Shown: positions 1-14,651 of the stretch, in pieces
Numbering within the stretch: the stretch's first letter is position 1
Layout of the letters: every line of letters starts with the position of its first letter
Assembly (NCBI RefSeq): GCF_009914755.1
Contig: NC_060927.1
Strand: one strand, 5' to 3'
DNA length: 64,000 nt
Source: the human T2T-CHM13v2.0 reference genome, Homo sapiens
Made by a program: the position numbers and the translations under genes
Notes under the pieces: model-generated
What the model saw: only the letters and a program-made list of their open reading frames with translations
Told to the model about the DNA's origin: nothing
Database searches by the model: none

Positions 1-1179
1 TGCAAGAGTGCCAGGTAAAATGCAGGTTGAACAAAACTAAAGCCAGGCACTTTTGTGGTTGGCCACAATAGGCAAGATGCTAATGACTATGGTCACCAAC
101 TGCCCAGAACCAACCCCTGCCAATGCCAGGAAGACCTTACAGAGAAGAGCCTAAGCCAAAAGAGGTGCCCACGTTCGCCTGGAGGTTGGCAAAGGGAAGA
201 CTCATTAAAAAAGACAAGCAAAGACTGCAGGGAGGGGCTTCACCAATCTGGCTGTCCTTTCCAGCCCTTGTTGTTTTCTCACACACTGTCCTGCCTTGAG
301 AGCAGGATTTCCTTCCTTTCCCTCTGACCTCAGAGGCACCCCACTCTAAGTGGGTCTATTTCATCTCTCTGTGCCCTCATCCTGCAGGGATCCTTGAGAT
401 GCTGTGTCAAGCTGAACTCTAGTGTTTGCAAAGCTAATGATCACTTGGAGCAGCCAGGGCTTCTCTGGGGCAGGCCCGAAGGAAAGCTCAGGAGGGGGCC
501 CCTGCTTTAACCTTGGCTCTAAGTCTGTTGGAGAAAACTCAGGATTTCCTGAGCCTAAAGCCAGAATTGCCATCAGGTTCTCTATTAGTCCTATTTGTGT
601 TCTATTAGTCTGTTGGTGACCACCTTGCTGCATTACCCTGGGATAATCCAGGCTTGTTTTGCTCTACCCTAGGTCTGTGAGGTGAATGGCTGCCCAGTAA
701 TCCTACTGCCAGTATTCAATGAGAATACACATGCTCACTTTGTTCCTGCCTGTGTCAACCGTAGCAGCTTCGCAGTCTTAACCACTGGGTCTAACCTTCT
801 TGGCCTTTTCCTTTTACCTCAACTCTGCTCAGTCTCGAACTTGCCCTTCATTCCTGACCTTTGATTATATTCTCTCAGAGTTAACCCTAATTCTGGCCTC
901 CAGGGCTCCGTAACTATTATTCACAACCAACCCTTGGACGAAGCCTGATCCCAGCTGTCCCAAGGAATCATCCTGTTTGGTCCAGACCTGACCCCTGGAT
1001 CCTGCCCCATCACAGGCTCTTGAGGCTGGTTGGGGAGGGAATGGAACTGGTTCATGGGGCCTGGTTGTATGCTTGAGGCTGACACTGTCATATATAATGA
1101 ACCTAAGCCCACATGGCACTGTCCACCCCAGCCATGGCTGAATCAGAGGGGAGGCCAAGAGTTTGTGAGTGGAGCACCA

Positions 1180-1760
1180 GATGAGTCTGATAGAAACTTT
1201 CAGACCCCTGTAGGTGGGGAGCTAGACTTGAGCTTCTTACATAAACCCAGGAGGCACTGAAGACTGGTCCATCCATTAAACCAGAAGTAAAAAAAACAAA
1301 AACCAAAGACCAAAACCCTCTGCTATCCAGTCTGGGAAAGCAGAAGAAGCTGCACTTTGCCCCGGTCAGTGGATAGAAGAAGAGTTGCCTGTGAGCAATT
1401 CGAGGCTGAGCCTGAACTGTGTGCGTGTGTGAAGTTCAGATTCACACCACGTGAGTGATGCAGGAACATAAAGTCATGCAGGAACTCCAGGCAAGGAGTG
1501 GAACATAAACACTGCCCTGAAGCCCTCAGAATCCCAGCATAAGCTGATGAGAAGCTAAAAGATGCCTGCATATCCCAGGGTGCTGGAACTTCCATGGAGA
1601 ATCACCCTGCTGAAGACGAGCTAGCGGGAAAGATTCCAAGCCATGAGAAGAAATGAATTCGTGAGAGGGAGCAGCCACAGACACACAAATAAGATTGCAT
1701 CCCAAGAAGGAGAGATGATAAAACAATCTGGAAGAAACCTTAACATAGGTACACAGAAGA
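1180..1760 (+). mobile_element. Ancient L1M/HAL1-like 5' region fragment
   Basis: Resembles old L1 5'UTR/ORF1-start sequence (aaagattccaagccatgagaagaa...cccaagaaggagagatgataaaacaatctg); boundaries approximate. Confidence 0.4.
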
Positions 1761-1769
1761 AAGTGCTGG

Positions 1770-2030
1770 TGTCATGAGAGCCAAGAGGAGGAGCACCTAA
1801 CTGATCATTGAGAGAGTGACACCTGGTCTTAGGCTTAGAAGAGGAGTAGAAGAGAGCCAGTGAAGTCAGGGAAGGCTTCCAAGGCAAAAGGACCAGCAAA
1901 AGGTAAGAAATAGTCCAGTTTGTGTGAATGTGAGCCCACAGCAAGTGAGAGCTGCTGACGAAGTGTGAGGCAAGTGCGGGAGGCGAGGCTAGAGGCAGAT
2001 AGGGGCCAGAAGTTGAAAGCCAGTACATTT
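1770..2030 (-). mobile_element. L2 fragment
   Basis: Purine-rich L2-like motifs (agtcagggaaggcttcc, gaggctagaggcagataggggccaga). Confidence 0.5.
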
Positions 2031-2033
2031 TGC

Positions 2034-2205
2034 TAATTTCTTTCTTTTCTTTTTTTTTTGGTAAGACATGGAGTCTTGCTATGTTGCTGAGGCTGGCCTT
2101 GAACTCTTGAGCTCAAGTGATCCTCCTGCCTCAGCCTCGATCTTTCTGCCCCAGCCACCTTAGTGTCTGGGACCATAGGTGCACGCCACCATGTCTGGCT
2201 TAATT
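2034..2205 (-). mobile_element. Alu monomer/fragment
   Basis: Poly-T followed by gagtcttgctatgttgc...gaactcttgagctcaagtgatcctcctgcctcagcctc. Confidence 0.85.
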
Positions 2206-2268
2206 TCTTAGACCTCATCCTAAACTGTAACAAGAAACAACTCCAAAATAGTCTTTGATGTTTTTCAG

Positions 2269-2413
2269 CTGAAAGCCATTTATCTCCTTCCATGAAAGTT
2301 TAGGGCCAGTTTTGCAACCAAACTCTTGCAACAGCAGCTTTTGCCAGTGTGGACTCTGAAAAAGGAAATGCATGTGGGGTGTTCCATTGCTCAAGCTGAA
2401 TGCAATGCACAAA
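2269..2413 (+). pseudogene. Candidate decayed kinase exon (subdomains I-II)
   Basis: tttttcag| ... |gtaatc boundaries; 2322-2351 translates TLATAAFASV, like the Gly-rich loop TLGxGxFAxV; in-frame stops present. Confidence 0.5.
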
Positions 2414-3119
2414 GTAATCTGGGCCTCTCAGAGGAAGGGAAAAGAAGGAGCTGCCTGAAGTCAAGTTTGTTTTTTAGAGCTGTGTGCACCCTGTTGCTCA
2501 CTCTTTGGGCCCAGGAGAATGAGGTTACAGCCAGCTGGCCTTTGCCACCAAGTGCCACAGTCTAAACAGCTTCACAGGCAAGGATTTGGACCAGCCCCCA
2601 GGCCCCTTGGCCCACTGCTCAGTTCTTACTGAGCAGATCCACACATGGATCCCAGGCACGAGTTGGGAAGTCTGTTCCACGTCCAGCTGAAGGTGTGAAT
2701 GACTGCAGTCAAGCCAACTAAATGATTGGAGACTGATCTTAAGGGAGGGAGGGTATTATCTATGCCTTTCAAGGATGTGTCAGCTCCCCCTTTCTCCCTC
2801 TGCCCAGTTTTGGATTGTGGAATGATGGCTGAGTAACAGGTGCCAAATCCAGCCTCACTTCTGCCCACTGACTTCCCAAGCGTCTCTTAGGAGGTTCATG
2901 ACTGGACCCATCCCCAGGCTCTACCACAGGGAAGGTGATCTTGGGCGAATCTCTGAAACGGGGCTTTTGCCTGTGGTGTGTAATGTGTGAAAAAGCCAGG
3001 GATGGTGGGACATGGAGAATGCTTTGAAGCTCAGGCAGTCCGTCAATTCTCCCAGAATGCCTGGCAGGGATGCAGCTGGCTGCCTTCCTGTGCCCATGGC
3101 AGACATAACTATCAACACG

Positions 3120-3585
3120 TCTCAGTGATCTATTGCCACAATCAATGCAAGCCACCCAGAATTCAGTGGCTTATAACAAATGTCTGTTTAGCCCAAGAGA
3201 GTCTTTGGGTCAGTGATTCAGGCTGGATGACTGGTCTTGGCTAGGCTTCCTCACGTGACCTGCAGGGTGGCAGGCTGTCAATTGGGGGTCACCTGTCTGG
3301 GGCTTAGCTGGGGAGCCTTGGCTGTGCAGGGAAAACTTTCTGGAAAACTCTGCCATCCTTCCAGAGGCTGTCCGGGCACGTTCTTATGGCAAACTTGGAG
3401 GTGCAAGAACAGAAGTGGCAACCTGCCGGCATTTTTGAAGCTTCTGTCATGTCACAACCTTGACCAAACTCAGAATGAAGGGGGAGATTCACACCACTCT
3501 CGATGGGAGGAGCCCAAAAGTCACATTATAAGGGTGCGAATACAGTGAGGGGTGAAGATTTGGGGCACTTAATCAGTTTACCAAA
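3120..3585 (-). mobile_element. MLT1-family MaLR LTR
   Basis: tcagtgatctattgcc...cagtggcttataacaa...gatgggaggagc...aaagtcacatt pattern. Confidence 0.7.
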
Positions 3586-4039
3586 ACACTTTTCAGCTCA
3601 GTCCTCCACAACTGCTACCAATCGATTGAGTTCAGACACGACATAAAAGCTGTTTGCCATTACAACTCTAAATACACAATTTTCAAGCTAGGTTTTGTGT
3701 AGCCCTGCAGTTCCAAAAGAGTGCTTCAGGGAACTCTGCAGGGACTGGGGTGATGGAAGGAGGTGGAGGATAAAAGGCAGGGTTCTGGGTTCTCCTGCTC
3801 ACTTAGAGCTCATCCACTCTTACTTGTTTTATTTATTTATAAATCTAAAAGCCTCAGTCTTTTAGATCCTGCAACCAGAAACTGGCTCACTGTCACTCTG
3901 CCACATTCTATTGGTCAAAGTAATCAATTACTAACCTAAATTCAAATGGGGCCTGGCTAGTTTTTGTATTTTTTGTAGAGACAGGTTTTCACCATGTTGG
4001 CCAGGCTGGTCTCAAACTCTACTTCCTTTTCCTGGAAGG

Positions 4040-4310
4040 TTCACTTTGAGAGGAGCTACCCATCATATATATATAAGTAGTCTGACTACTCTCAGACTGC
4101 CATACTTGTAAGAAAACTCAAGCTAGCCATGTGGAGACAGATGCCTGGTCAGTCCTGAGAGGTTGTAGCTCTCTCAGCCTAGGAAGTATAAAGCCTTCCC
4201 AAGACCCAGCCCCAGCCACCATCTGACCAAACTGTATGAGAAATCCCAAGTGACAATCACTCAGCTGAGCCCAGTCAATCCACAGGGGCATGAGAGACAT
4301 TAATAAGGTA
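4040..4310 (+). mobile_element. MLT1-family MaLR LTR fragment
   Basis: ccccagccaccatctgacc...tcagctgagcccagtcaatccacag motif. Confidence 0.65.
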
Positions 4311-4317
4311 TTATAAA

Positions 4318-4890
4318 AATTTTTTTATTGGGATGTAATTCAATACCACACAGTTTCCCAATTTAAAGTGTACAATTCAATTGTTTTTAGTATAATATAT
4401 TCACAGTTTTACAATCATCACTACAATCTAATTTTAGAACACTTTCATCACCCCCAAAGAAATCCTGCAACCTCTAGCCGTCACTTCTCATTTCCCTCCT
4501 TCCCTAACCCCTTCACCCTGGGGCAACCATTAATCTACTTTCTATCTATGTAGATTTGCCTATTCTGGACAATAGGGAGTCTTTTCCCCCATTGCTTTCA
4601 TAGAAATGGAATCAATCATATATGGCCTTTTGTGACTGGCTTTTTAAACTAGCACCATGTTTTCAAGGGTCATCCATGTTGTAGCATGTATAAGAACTTC
4701 ATTTCTTTTTACTGTCAGTAATATCCCTTTGTATGGATAGATCACATTTTATCCATCCATTCTTCAATTGATGGACATTCAATTGCTTCCTTTTTTTGGC
4801 TATTCGTGAATAATGTTCCTATGAGCATTGCTGTATAAGCTTTTATGTGAACATATGTTTTCAGTTCTCTTGGGCATATATCTAGGCTAG
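4318..4890 (-). mobile_element. L1MB-like 3' end fragment
   Basis: aatttaaagtgtacaattca...tagatttgcctattctggaca...tgtgactggctt old L1 3' UTR. Confidence 0.8.
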
Positions 4891-4894
4891 CAAC

Positions 4895-6678
4895 TTCTTT
4901 TTTAAACTTTTATTTTAGGTTCAGGGGTACATGTGCATGTTTGTTTCATAGGTGAACTCGTGTCACAGGGATTTGTTGTACAGATGATTTCATCACCCAG
5001 GTATTAAGCCCAGTACCCAATAGTCATCCATGTCTTTGTGATTGTGAATAGCATTACAATAAACATTCGTGTGCATATGTCTTTATGGTAGAATGATTTA
5101 TATTTCTCTGGGTATATACCTAATAATGGGATTGCTGGGTTGAATGGAAGTTCTGCCTTTAGCTCTTTGAGGAATTGCCACACTGCTTTCCACAATGGTT
5201 GAGCTAATTTGCACTCCCACCAACAGTGTATAAGTGTTCCCTTTTCTCTGCAACCTCACCAGCATCTGTTATTTTTTGACTTTTTAATAATAGCCATTTT
5301 GGTTAGTAAGTGATAGTACCTCATTGTGGTTTTGATTTGCATTTCTCTAATGATCACTGATAGTGAGCTTTTTTTCATATGCTTGTTGGCCACATGTATG
5401 TCTTCTTTTGAAAAGTGTCTGTTTATGTCCTTTGCCCATCCTTTAATGGGGTTGTTTGTATTTCTCTTGTAAATTTGTTTAAGTTCCTTATAGATGCTGG
5501 ATATTAGACCTTTGTCTGATGCATAGTTTGCAAATATTTTCTCCCATTCTGTAGGTTGTCTGTTTATTCTGTTGATAGTTTCTTTTGCTGTGCAGAAGTT
5601 CTTTAGTTTAATTAGATCCCATTTGTCAATTTTTGTTTTTGTCGAGATTGCTTTTTGGTATCTTGTCATGAAATCTTTGCCCGTGCCTATGTCCAGGATG
5701 GTATTGGCCAGGTTGCCTTCTGGGTTTTTATAGTTTTGAGTTTTACATTTAAGTCTTTAATCCATCTTGAGTTGATTGTTGAATATGATGTAAGGAAGGA
5801 ATCCAGCTTCAGTCTGCTGCATATGGCCAGCCAGTTATTCAAGTACCATTTATTGAATAGGGAGTCTTTTCCCCATTGCTTGTTTTTGTCAGCTTTGTCA
5901 AAGATCAGATGGTCATAGGTATGCAGCCTTATTTCTGGGCTATTCTGTTCCATTGGCTTATGTATCTGTTTTTGTACCAGTATTATGGTTTTTTGTTGTT
6001 GTTGTTGTTGTTACTATAGCCCTATAGCATAGTTTGAAATCGGGTAACATGATGCTTCCAGCTTTGTTCTTTTTGCTTAGGATTGCCTGGACTATTTGGG
6101 CTCTTTTTGGGTTCCATTTGAAATTTAAAATAGTTTTTTCTAGTTCTCTGAAGAATGTCGTTGGTAGTTTGATAAGAATAGCATTCAGTCTGTAAATAAA
6201 TTCTTTGGGCAGTGTGGTCATTTTAATGATATTGAATCTTTCTATCCATGAACATGGGCTCTTTTTCCATTTGTTTGTGTCTTCTCTGATTTCTTTGAGC
6301 AGTGTTTTGGAATTTTCACTGTAGGGATCTTTCATCTCCCTGGTGAGCTGTATTCCTAGGTATTTTATTCTTTTTGTGGCATTGTGAATGGGATTGCCTT
6401 CCTGATTTGACTCTTGGCTTGGCTGTTGTTGATGTATAGGAAAGCTAGTGATTTTTGTACATTGATTTTGTATCCTGAAACTTTGCTGAAGTTGTTTATC
6501 AGCTGAAGGAGCTTTGGGGCTGAGACTGTAGGGTTTTCTAGACATAGAATCATGTCCTCTGCAAACAGGGAGGGTTTGACTTCCTCTTTTCCTGTTTGGA
6601 TGCCCTTTATTTCTTTCTCTTGCCTGATTACTCTGACTAGGACTTCCAATACCATGTTGAATAGGAGTGGTGAGAGGG
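4895..6678 (-). mobile_element. 5'-truncated older L1PA/PB, ORF2 C-terminus and 3' UTR
   Basis: ORF track shows L1 ORF2 peptides ([34 protein letters not shown]); 3' UTR deletion near 5027. Confidence 0.95.
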
Positions 6679-7120
6679 AAGATTTACTTTACCAAATATC
6701 AGCTGGAAGTTAAACTCTTGAGGTTTAACTCACCTGGAAGGTGAGGTCACGAACAAGGAGTCAAGGCAGCCCTAGGCACTCCCTACAGAGCCAGTAATGG
6801 ACACACAGCCAGGGAGCAGGGACACAGGGAGGAGACATTAGATGCATTTTGAGGATGAAATAGCTATTGCCTTTTTCCCAATTCACGTTACAGGGGCAAC
6901 CTGAAACATATCAAAGACACAGCTTCCTTGTGCACCTTGGGCATCTCTTTTAAGAAGAAAGGAGAAGGAGGAGAAAGGGGCATTTATGGAGCATCTGCTC
7001 CTTTTGGGTTCAGCATAAAGAACTCTTCTTACACAGGCTAATTTAAGTCCTCCCAGGATGGAGGTATTGTCATCCTCATTTTACTAATTAGGATTCCCCT
7101 TTAACCACATTCAATAGCTA

Positions 7121-7570
<450 letters not shown>

Positions 7571-8290
7571 TCAGGTGCATTGTGATCTTGTGATAATATA
7601 CAACTGGATTCTTTCCTTGGGAGAATGGGATATGTTAGAATTGCTTAACTATGGTTGGGGTGTGGAGAGGAGGAGGAGGTAGTTGGGAGAGAGAGGGCAA
7701 AAGAGTGCAAGCATGAGCAGCCAGGAGGAAGAAAGAACTTTTGCTTTGAAGGCAACTGATAAGATGGTCGTTGAAACATGTTTGAGCATCAGAAGTGTGG
7801 CCCTGGCTGACGGCCACTTTATACTGGGCACTCTGCATGCCTTATTTTCTTTAACTTTCACAACAGCCATAGGCAAGGAACCTGGGTCATCCCAGAGGTC
7901 AATAAGTGTGCCAAAAGCTACATGGCCAATAACTGGAAAGGTAGGATTTGAGTCCTAGACTTAGTGATTCCAAAAGTTTCCACTGGGCCTTCTCAAATTC
8001 ATGCCAAATCACAAGCAAAATCTCTCCAATCCTCCACCTCTAAACTTTCTTTTTTTTTCTTGATTTAATGGAAAATCTTATGCCTCTGAGACTCCAATAT
8101 TCCTGCAGCTTTTTCCAGGAGGTATGTCAGGGAGAGGAAAGGGGGTTGTGCTTTTATTCCCATCCCTCTTGGATCAAAGCAACTGAAGATGGAGCCAATG
8201 TCCACCTTGCAGTTTCCAGGCTGCTGTCTCCTCCTTTCCTAAAATCTCTGAGCTCTGCAACTCTTGGCATCTGCATCCCTCCACAATGTA

Positions 8291-11200
8291 CAGACACATC
8301 TTGGTTTATTGCATTTTGCTTTATTGAATTTTGCAGATACTGTGTTTTTTTACAAATTGAAGGTTTGTGGCAACCTTGCATTGAGCAAGTCTATTGGTGT
8401 CATATTTCCAATATCATGTGCTCTGTCACATTTTGGTATTTCTCACAATATTTCAAACTTTTCATTATTATTATTATTATTATTATTATATCTGTTATCA
8501 TCATCTGTAATCAGTGATTTTTGATGTTACTACTGTAATTATTTTAGGCTGCCACGAACTGCACCCATATGAGAAAGCAAACTGAATTGATACATGTTGT
8601 GTGTGTGCTAACAGCTCCACTGACCTGTGGTTCCCCAGTCTCTCTCCCTCTCCTCAGCCCTCCCTATTCCTTGAGATGCAAGCAATGTTGAAATTAGGCC
8701 AATTAATAACCCCACAGTGGCCTGTAAGTGAAAGGAAGACTTGCATCCCTCTCACTTTGAATCAAAAGTTAGAAATGATTAAGCTTAGTGAGGAGGGCAT
8801 GTAAAAAAACTGAGATAGGCTGAAAGCTAGGCCTCTTGTGCCAAACAGTTAGCCAAGGTGTAAATGCAAAGGAAAAGTTCTTGAAAGAAATTAAAAATGC
8901 TACTCCAGTGAACACATGAATGATAAGCAAGTGAAGCAGCCTTATTGCTGAAATGGAGGAAGTTTTAGTGGTCTGGATGAAAGATCAAACCAGCCATAAC
9001 ATTCCCTTAAACCAAAGCCTAATCCAGAGCAAGGCCCTAACTTGCTTCAATTCTATGAAGGCTAAGAGGGGTAAGGAAGCTGCAGGAGAAAAGTTGGAAG
9101 CTAGCACAGGTTGGTTCATGAGGTTTAAGGACAGAAGCCATCTCTATAACATTAAAGTACAAAGTGAAGCAGCAAGTGCTGATGTAGGAGCTGTAGCAAG
9201 TTATCCAGAAAAGTTAGCTAAGATCATTGATGAAGGTGGCTGCACTAAACAACAGATTTTTTTTTTATTATTATATGTTAAGTTCTAGGGTACATGTGCA
9301 CAATGTGCAGGTTTGTTACATATGTATACATGTGCCATGTTGGTGTGCTGCACCCATTAACTCGTCATTTACATTAGGTATATCTCCTAATGCTATCCCT
9401 CCCCCCACCCCACAACAGGCCCCAGTGTGTGATGTTCACCTTCCTGTGACCAAGTGTTCTCATTGTTCAATTCCCACCTATGGGTGAGAACATGTGGTGT
9501 TTGGTTTTTTGTCCCTGTGATAGTTTGCTGAGAATGATGGTTTCCAGCTTCATCCATGTCCCTGCAAAGGACATGAACTCATCCTTTTTTATGGCTGCAT
9601 AGTATTCCATGGTGTACATGTGCCACATTTTCTTAATGCAGTCTATCATTGTTGGACATTTGGGTTGGTTCCAAGTCTTTGCTATTGTGAATAGTGCTGC
9701 AATAAACATACGTGTGCATGTGTCTTTATAGCAGCATGATTTATAATCCTTTGGGTATATACCCAATAAGGGGATGGCTGGGTCAAATGGTATTTCTAGT
9801 TCTAGATTCTTGAGGAATTGCCACACTGTCTTCCACAATGGTTGAACTAGTTTACAGTCCCACCAACAGTGTAAAAGTGTTCCTATTTCTCCACATCTTC
9901 TCCAGCATCTGTTGTTTCCTGACTTTTTAATGCTCGCCATTCTAACTGGTGTGAGATGGTATCTCATTGTGGTTTTGATTTGCATTTCTCTGATGGCCAG
10001 TGATGATGAGCATTTTTTCATGTGTCTGTTGGCTGCATAAATGCCTTCTTTTGAGAAGTGTCTGTTCATATCCTTCACCCACTTTTTGAAGGGGTTGTTA
10101 AATGTAGATGAAACAGCCTTCTATTTGAAGAAGATGTCATCTAGGACTTTCATAGCTAGAGAGGAGAAGTCAACGCAGGGCTTTAAAGCTTTAAAACACA
10201 GGCTGACTCTCTCATTAGGGGCTAGTGCAGCCTGTGACTCTCAGTTGAAGCCAATGCTCATTTACCATTCCAAAAATCCTAGGGCCCTTCAGAATTATGC
10301 TAACTCTATTCCATGCTCTAGAAATGAAACAAGGCCTGGATGACAGCACATCTGTTTACAACATGGTTTACTGAATATGTGAAACCCATTGTTGAGACCT
10401 ATTGCTCAGAAAAAAAAGATTCCTTTCAAATACTGACAATGTACCTGGTCACTCAAGAGCCCTGATAGAGATGTACAAAGTGATTAAGTTGTTTTATGCC
10501 TGCTAACACAACATCCATTTTGCAGCCCATGGATCAAGGAGTAATTTTGACTTTCAAGTCTCAATAGTTAAGGAATATATTTCATAAGGCTATAGTGGCC
10601 ATAGATAGTAATTCCCTTGAATGATCTGGGCAAAGTAAATTGAAAACCTTTTGGAAAGTATTCACCATTCTAGATGCCATTAAGAACATTTGTGGTTCAT
10701 GGGAAGAGGTCAAAAGATCAACATTAATAGGAGTTTGGAAGAAGTTGATTCTAGCCCTCACGAATGACTTGGAAGGGTTCAAGACTTCAGTGGAGGAAGT
10801 AGCTGCAGATGTAGTAGAAATAGCAAGAGAACTAGAAGTGGAGCCTGAAGATGTGACTGGATTGCTGCAATCTCATGACAAATTTTAAATGAATGAGGAG
10901 TTGCTTCTTATGGATGAACAAAGAAGTGGTTTCTTGAGCTGGAATTTCCTTCTGGTGAAGATGCTGTGAACACTGTTGAAATAACAACAGTTTAGAATGT
11001 TACACAAACTTAGTTGGGAAAGCAGCAGCAGGGTTGGAGAAGATTGACTCCAATTTTGAAAGAAGTTCTATGGTGAGTAAAAGGCTGTCAAAGAGCATTA
11101 CATGCTACTGAGAAACCTTTTGTGAAAGGAAGAGTCAATCGATGTGGCAAACTTCACTGGTGTCTTATTTTAAGAAATTGCCACAGCCACCCCAGCCTTC

Positions 11201-11513
11201 ACAACCACCACCGTGATCAGTCAGCAGCCATCAACATCAAGGCAAGACCCTTCACCAGCAAAAACACTATGACTAGCTGAAGGCACAGATGATCGTTAGT
11301 GTTTCTTAGCAATAAAGTATTTTTACATTAATGTTTGCACATTGCTGTTTTTAGATATATTGCTACTGCACACTTAATAGTCTATAGTAAAATGTGAACA
11401 CAACTTTTATATGCACTGGGAAATGAAAACATTTGTGTGACTCACTTTATTGTGATATTCACCTTACTGGAGTGGTCTGGAATAGAACCAGCAATGTCTC
11501 CAAGGTATGTCTG
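8291..11513 (+). mobile_element. Essentially full-length Tigger1 DNA transposon, interrupted by an L1
   Basis: TIRs cagacacatcttgg / ccaaggtatgtctg (12/14 match), TA on both sides; transposase remnants in ORF track ([47 protein letters not shown]). Confidence 0.95.
9257..10099 (-). mobile_element. 5'-truncated L1PA (PA4/5-like) inserted in Tigger1
   Basis: Canonical L1PA 3' end and ORF2 C-terminal peptide (9467..10078). Confidence 0.95.
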
Positions 11514-12032
11514 TAATTTTTGTGCGTCCTGTTCTGCAACCAACTACTTTCCTCTTTTGGCACGACTCAACATTTTTCAACACTGAAGGACAAATTTAAG
11601 ATATATTGTTCCTACTCCTGTCCTTCCACCAGCCACATCTCTATTGCTTGTTTCCTCACACTTCTCCTTGGCCATCCTAGATTCCATAGCCCAGCATTAC
11701 TGTCACACATCTTTAGCTGCCATGCCTGTCTCCCACCATGGAACTCATCTGGCAAAACCCTTACCCTGGTTCCATCCAACCTCCACTCACTCCTTGCCTG
11801 GTAGCTGGAGGAGGCTGGAGAATCTGCTGGATTGTGCTCACTTGCCCACTTGAGATTCACAACCACTGACTTCAAATGGGGCCCTACATGTGTGCCTGAA
11901 ACTTTCCATGTTCCCTTGTCCCTGCACTCTCACAGTGCATACATGATGCATGTCTTTCCTCACACCTCCACCACCTCCTCCTCATTTCTCACTCCTCTGA
12001 AGTCCAAGCTTCCTACTGCACTGAGAAGATAG

Positions 12033-12388
<356 letters not shown>

Positions 12389-13117
12389 CTTCAAACTTAT
12401 TTTATTAGTCCCATAAACTCTACCATCCCTCCTGTTTCTGTAGTTGAATCCAATGCTGTTATCTGAAGCCAGCGCCTCACTTTTCTACGGAGTCTGCGTT
12501 CTCTCACCTATAAACATGCTGTAATTGCTCCCACTCAAACACGAAACAAAATGAACAATAACACATTTCTGCCTTGTCCCCACATCCCTTTCAACATCTG
12601 CTCCATTGATTTACTCTGTATTAGACCTTTCTTGAAAGAGTTGCCTGCACTCTCTGTCTCCAGACTCTTGCCACCTTTCTTTCTGAACCACTTAAGTCAG
12701 GGGTTCACCCCACAATTACACTAAGACGACTCTTTTCCAGATCACCAGTGACCTCCATCTTGCCACATCCACTGATTGGTTCTCAGTGTTCATCTTGCTC
12801 AAACTCTCATCAGCATGTGACAGTTTGCCACTCCCTCCTCTTGCCTTCTGGGTGTTCTTTCTCACCTCTCCCCACTGGCCGCTCCTTTCGCAGTCTCCTT
12901 TGCTGCCAACACTCATTCCCCAACCTCTGTAAAGTGCCCTGAGGATCACTGCTGAAGCCTCTCCCCATACTCCCTAGACGAACTCATTCAGTCTCACGGC
13001 TTCAGAGACCACTGAAGGGCTGACAACTCCCAGCTATACATCTCCAGCTCAGAGTTCGCCACCAAACTCCAGCCGTGTCTATGTAACTGCTGAGTTCACA
13101 TCTCCACTTGAATGTTT

Positions 13118-13748
13118 TTATCAGTCAGCTCAAGTTGCCATAACAAAAAAACCACGACTGGATGAACAACAGAAACTTATTTTCTCACAGTTCTGGAGGC
13201 TGGAAGTCTGTGATCAGGTTTTAGGCAGTCTTGCTTTCTCCTGAGGCCTCTTTTTCTGACTTGCTCATGGCCACTTCCATGTGTCTGCGTGGCCTTTTCT
13301 TTCATATTGGATTAGGACCCCACCCTCATGACCAATTTTTTTTTTTTTTTGAGACAGACTTTAGCTCTGTCGCCCTGGCTGGACTGCAGTGGCATGATAT
13401 AATCACAACTTAATGCATCCTTGAACTCCTGGGCTCAAGCGATCCTCCTGCCTTAGTCTCCTGAGTAGTGAGGACTACAGGTGCATGCCACCACACCCAG
13501 TTACATTTTAAATTTTTTTTGTAGAAATAGAGTCTCTTTATGTTGCCCAGGCTGGTCTTAAACTCCTGGTATAAAGCAATCCTCCTGCCTTGGTCTCCCA
13601 AAGTGCTGGGATTATAGGCATGAGCCACTGTACTTGGCCTTAATTTAATCTTAATTACCTTGATAAGGCCCTATCTCCAAATACAGTCACATTGGGAGCT
13701 AGGACCTCAACATAAAAATTTGGTGAGGGCACAATTCCATCTGAAACG
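13118..13748 (-). mobile_element. MLT1(A-C)-like LTR containing an AluJ (13336-13638, -)
   Basis: ttctcacagttctggaggctggaagtc ... ccctatctccaaatacagtcacatt; Alu dimer inside. Confidence 0.85.
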
Positions 13749-14350
13749 GATGTCCAGTGGGCACCTTGTCTTCTTGGTGAATGGCAGTTCCCTCCTTCTA
13801 GGTGCTCAGGCTGAAATCCTAGACGCCCCTCTTTCTCGCTTGCTGCACATTTCAATCCACCAGCAAATCCTGTTGTCTCTGCTTTAAAAATGTACGTGGA
13901 TTCTAACTGCTGCTTTCTGCTTTCACTGCCATCACCCTGATCCAAACCATCATCATTTTAAAACTGTATTAAGAAAATGGCCTCTTGCACTGTCTCCTGT
14001 TTCTGCCTTTGGCCTTTAAAATCTTTTATCAATGTGCCAGTAAGAGTAATCCTTCTAAAACAGAAGTCAGGCCATGCCACTTTCTGTTCAACCCCCTGCC
14101 ACAGGAGATCCCATCTCATTCTTTTAGTGACCAGAAAAGCCCTGTAGGACACTTCTCTGATTGCCTAGCATTTTGCGGCTTGCTCCCACTACTCAGCCAC
14201 ACTACTCTCCTTGCAGTACCTTGAGGCACGTTCTTACCTCAGGGCCTTTGCATTTGCTGTTCCCTCCAGCTGAAATGCTCTTGCACTGGATATTATGTGT
14301 TGTGTTTCCATCATCTTTGTCAGATATCTGCTCAAATATGACATTTTCAG

Positions 14351-14651
<301 letters not shown>

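Noticed and set aside
1030-1315. Possible processed pseudogene (76-aa ORF, ATTAAA, A-rich run)
   Set aside because: No recognisable protein and no TSD; the sequence continues into old L1M/HAL1-like DNA.
8601-10888. Domesticated TIGD-like transposase gene
   Set aside because: The Tigger1 ORF is fragmented by stops, frameshifts and an L1 insertion.
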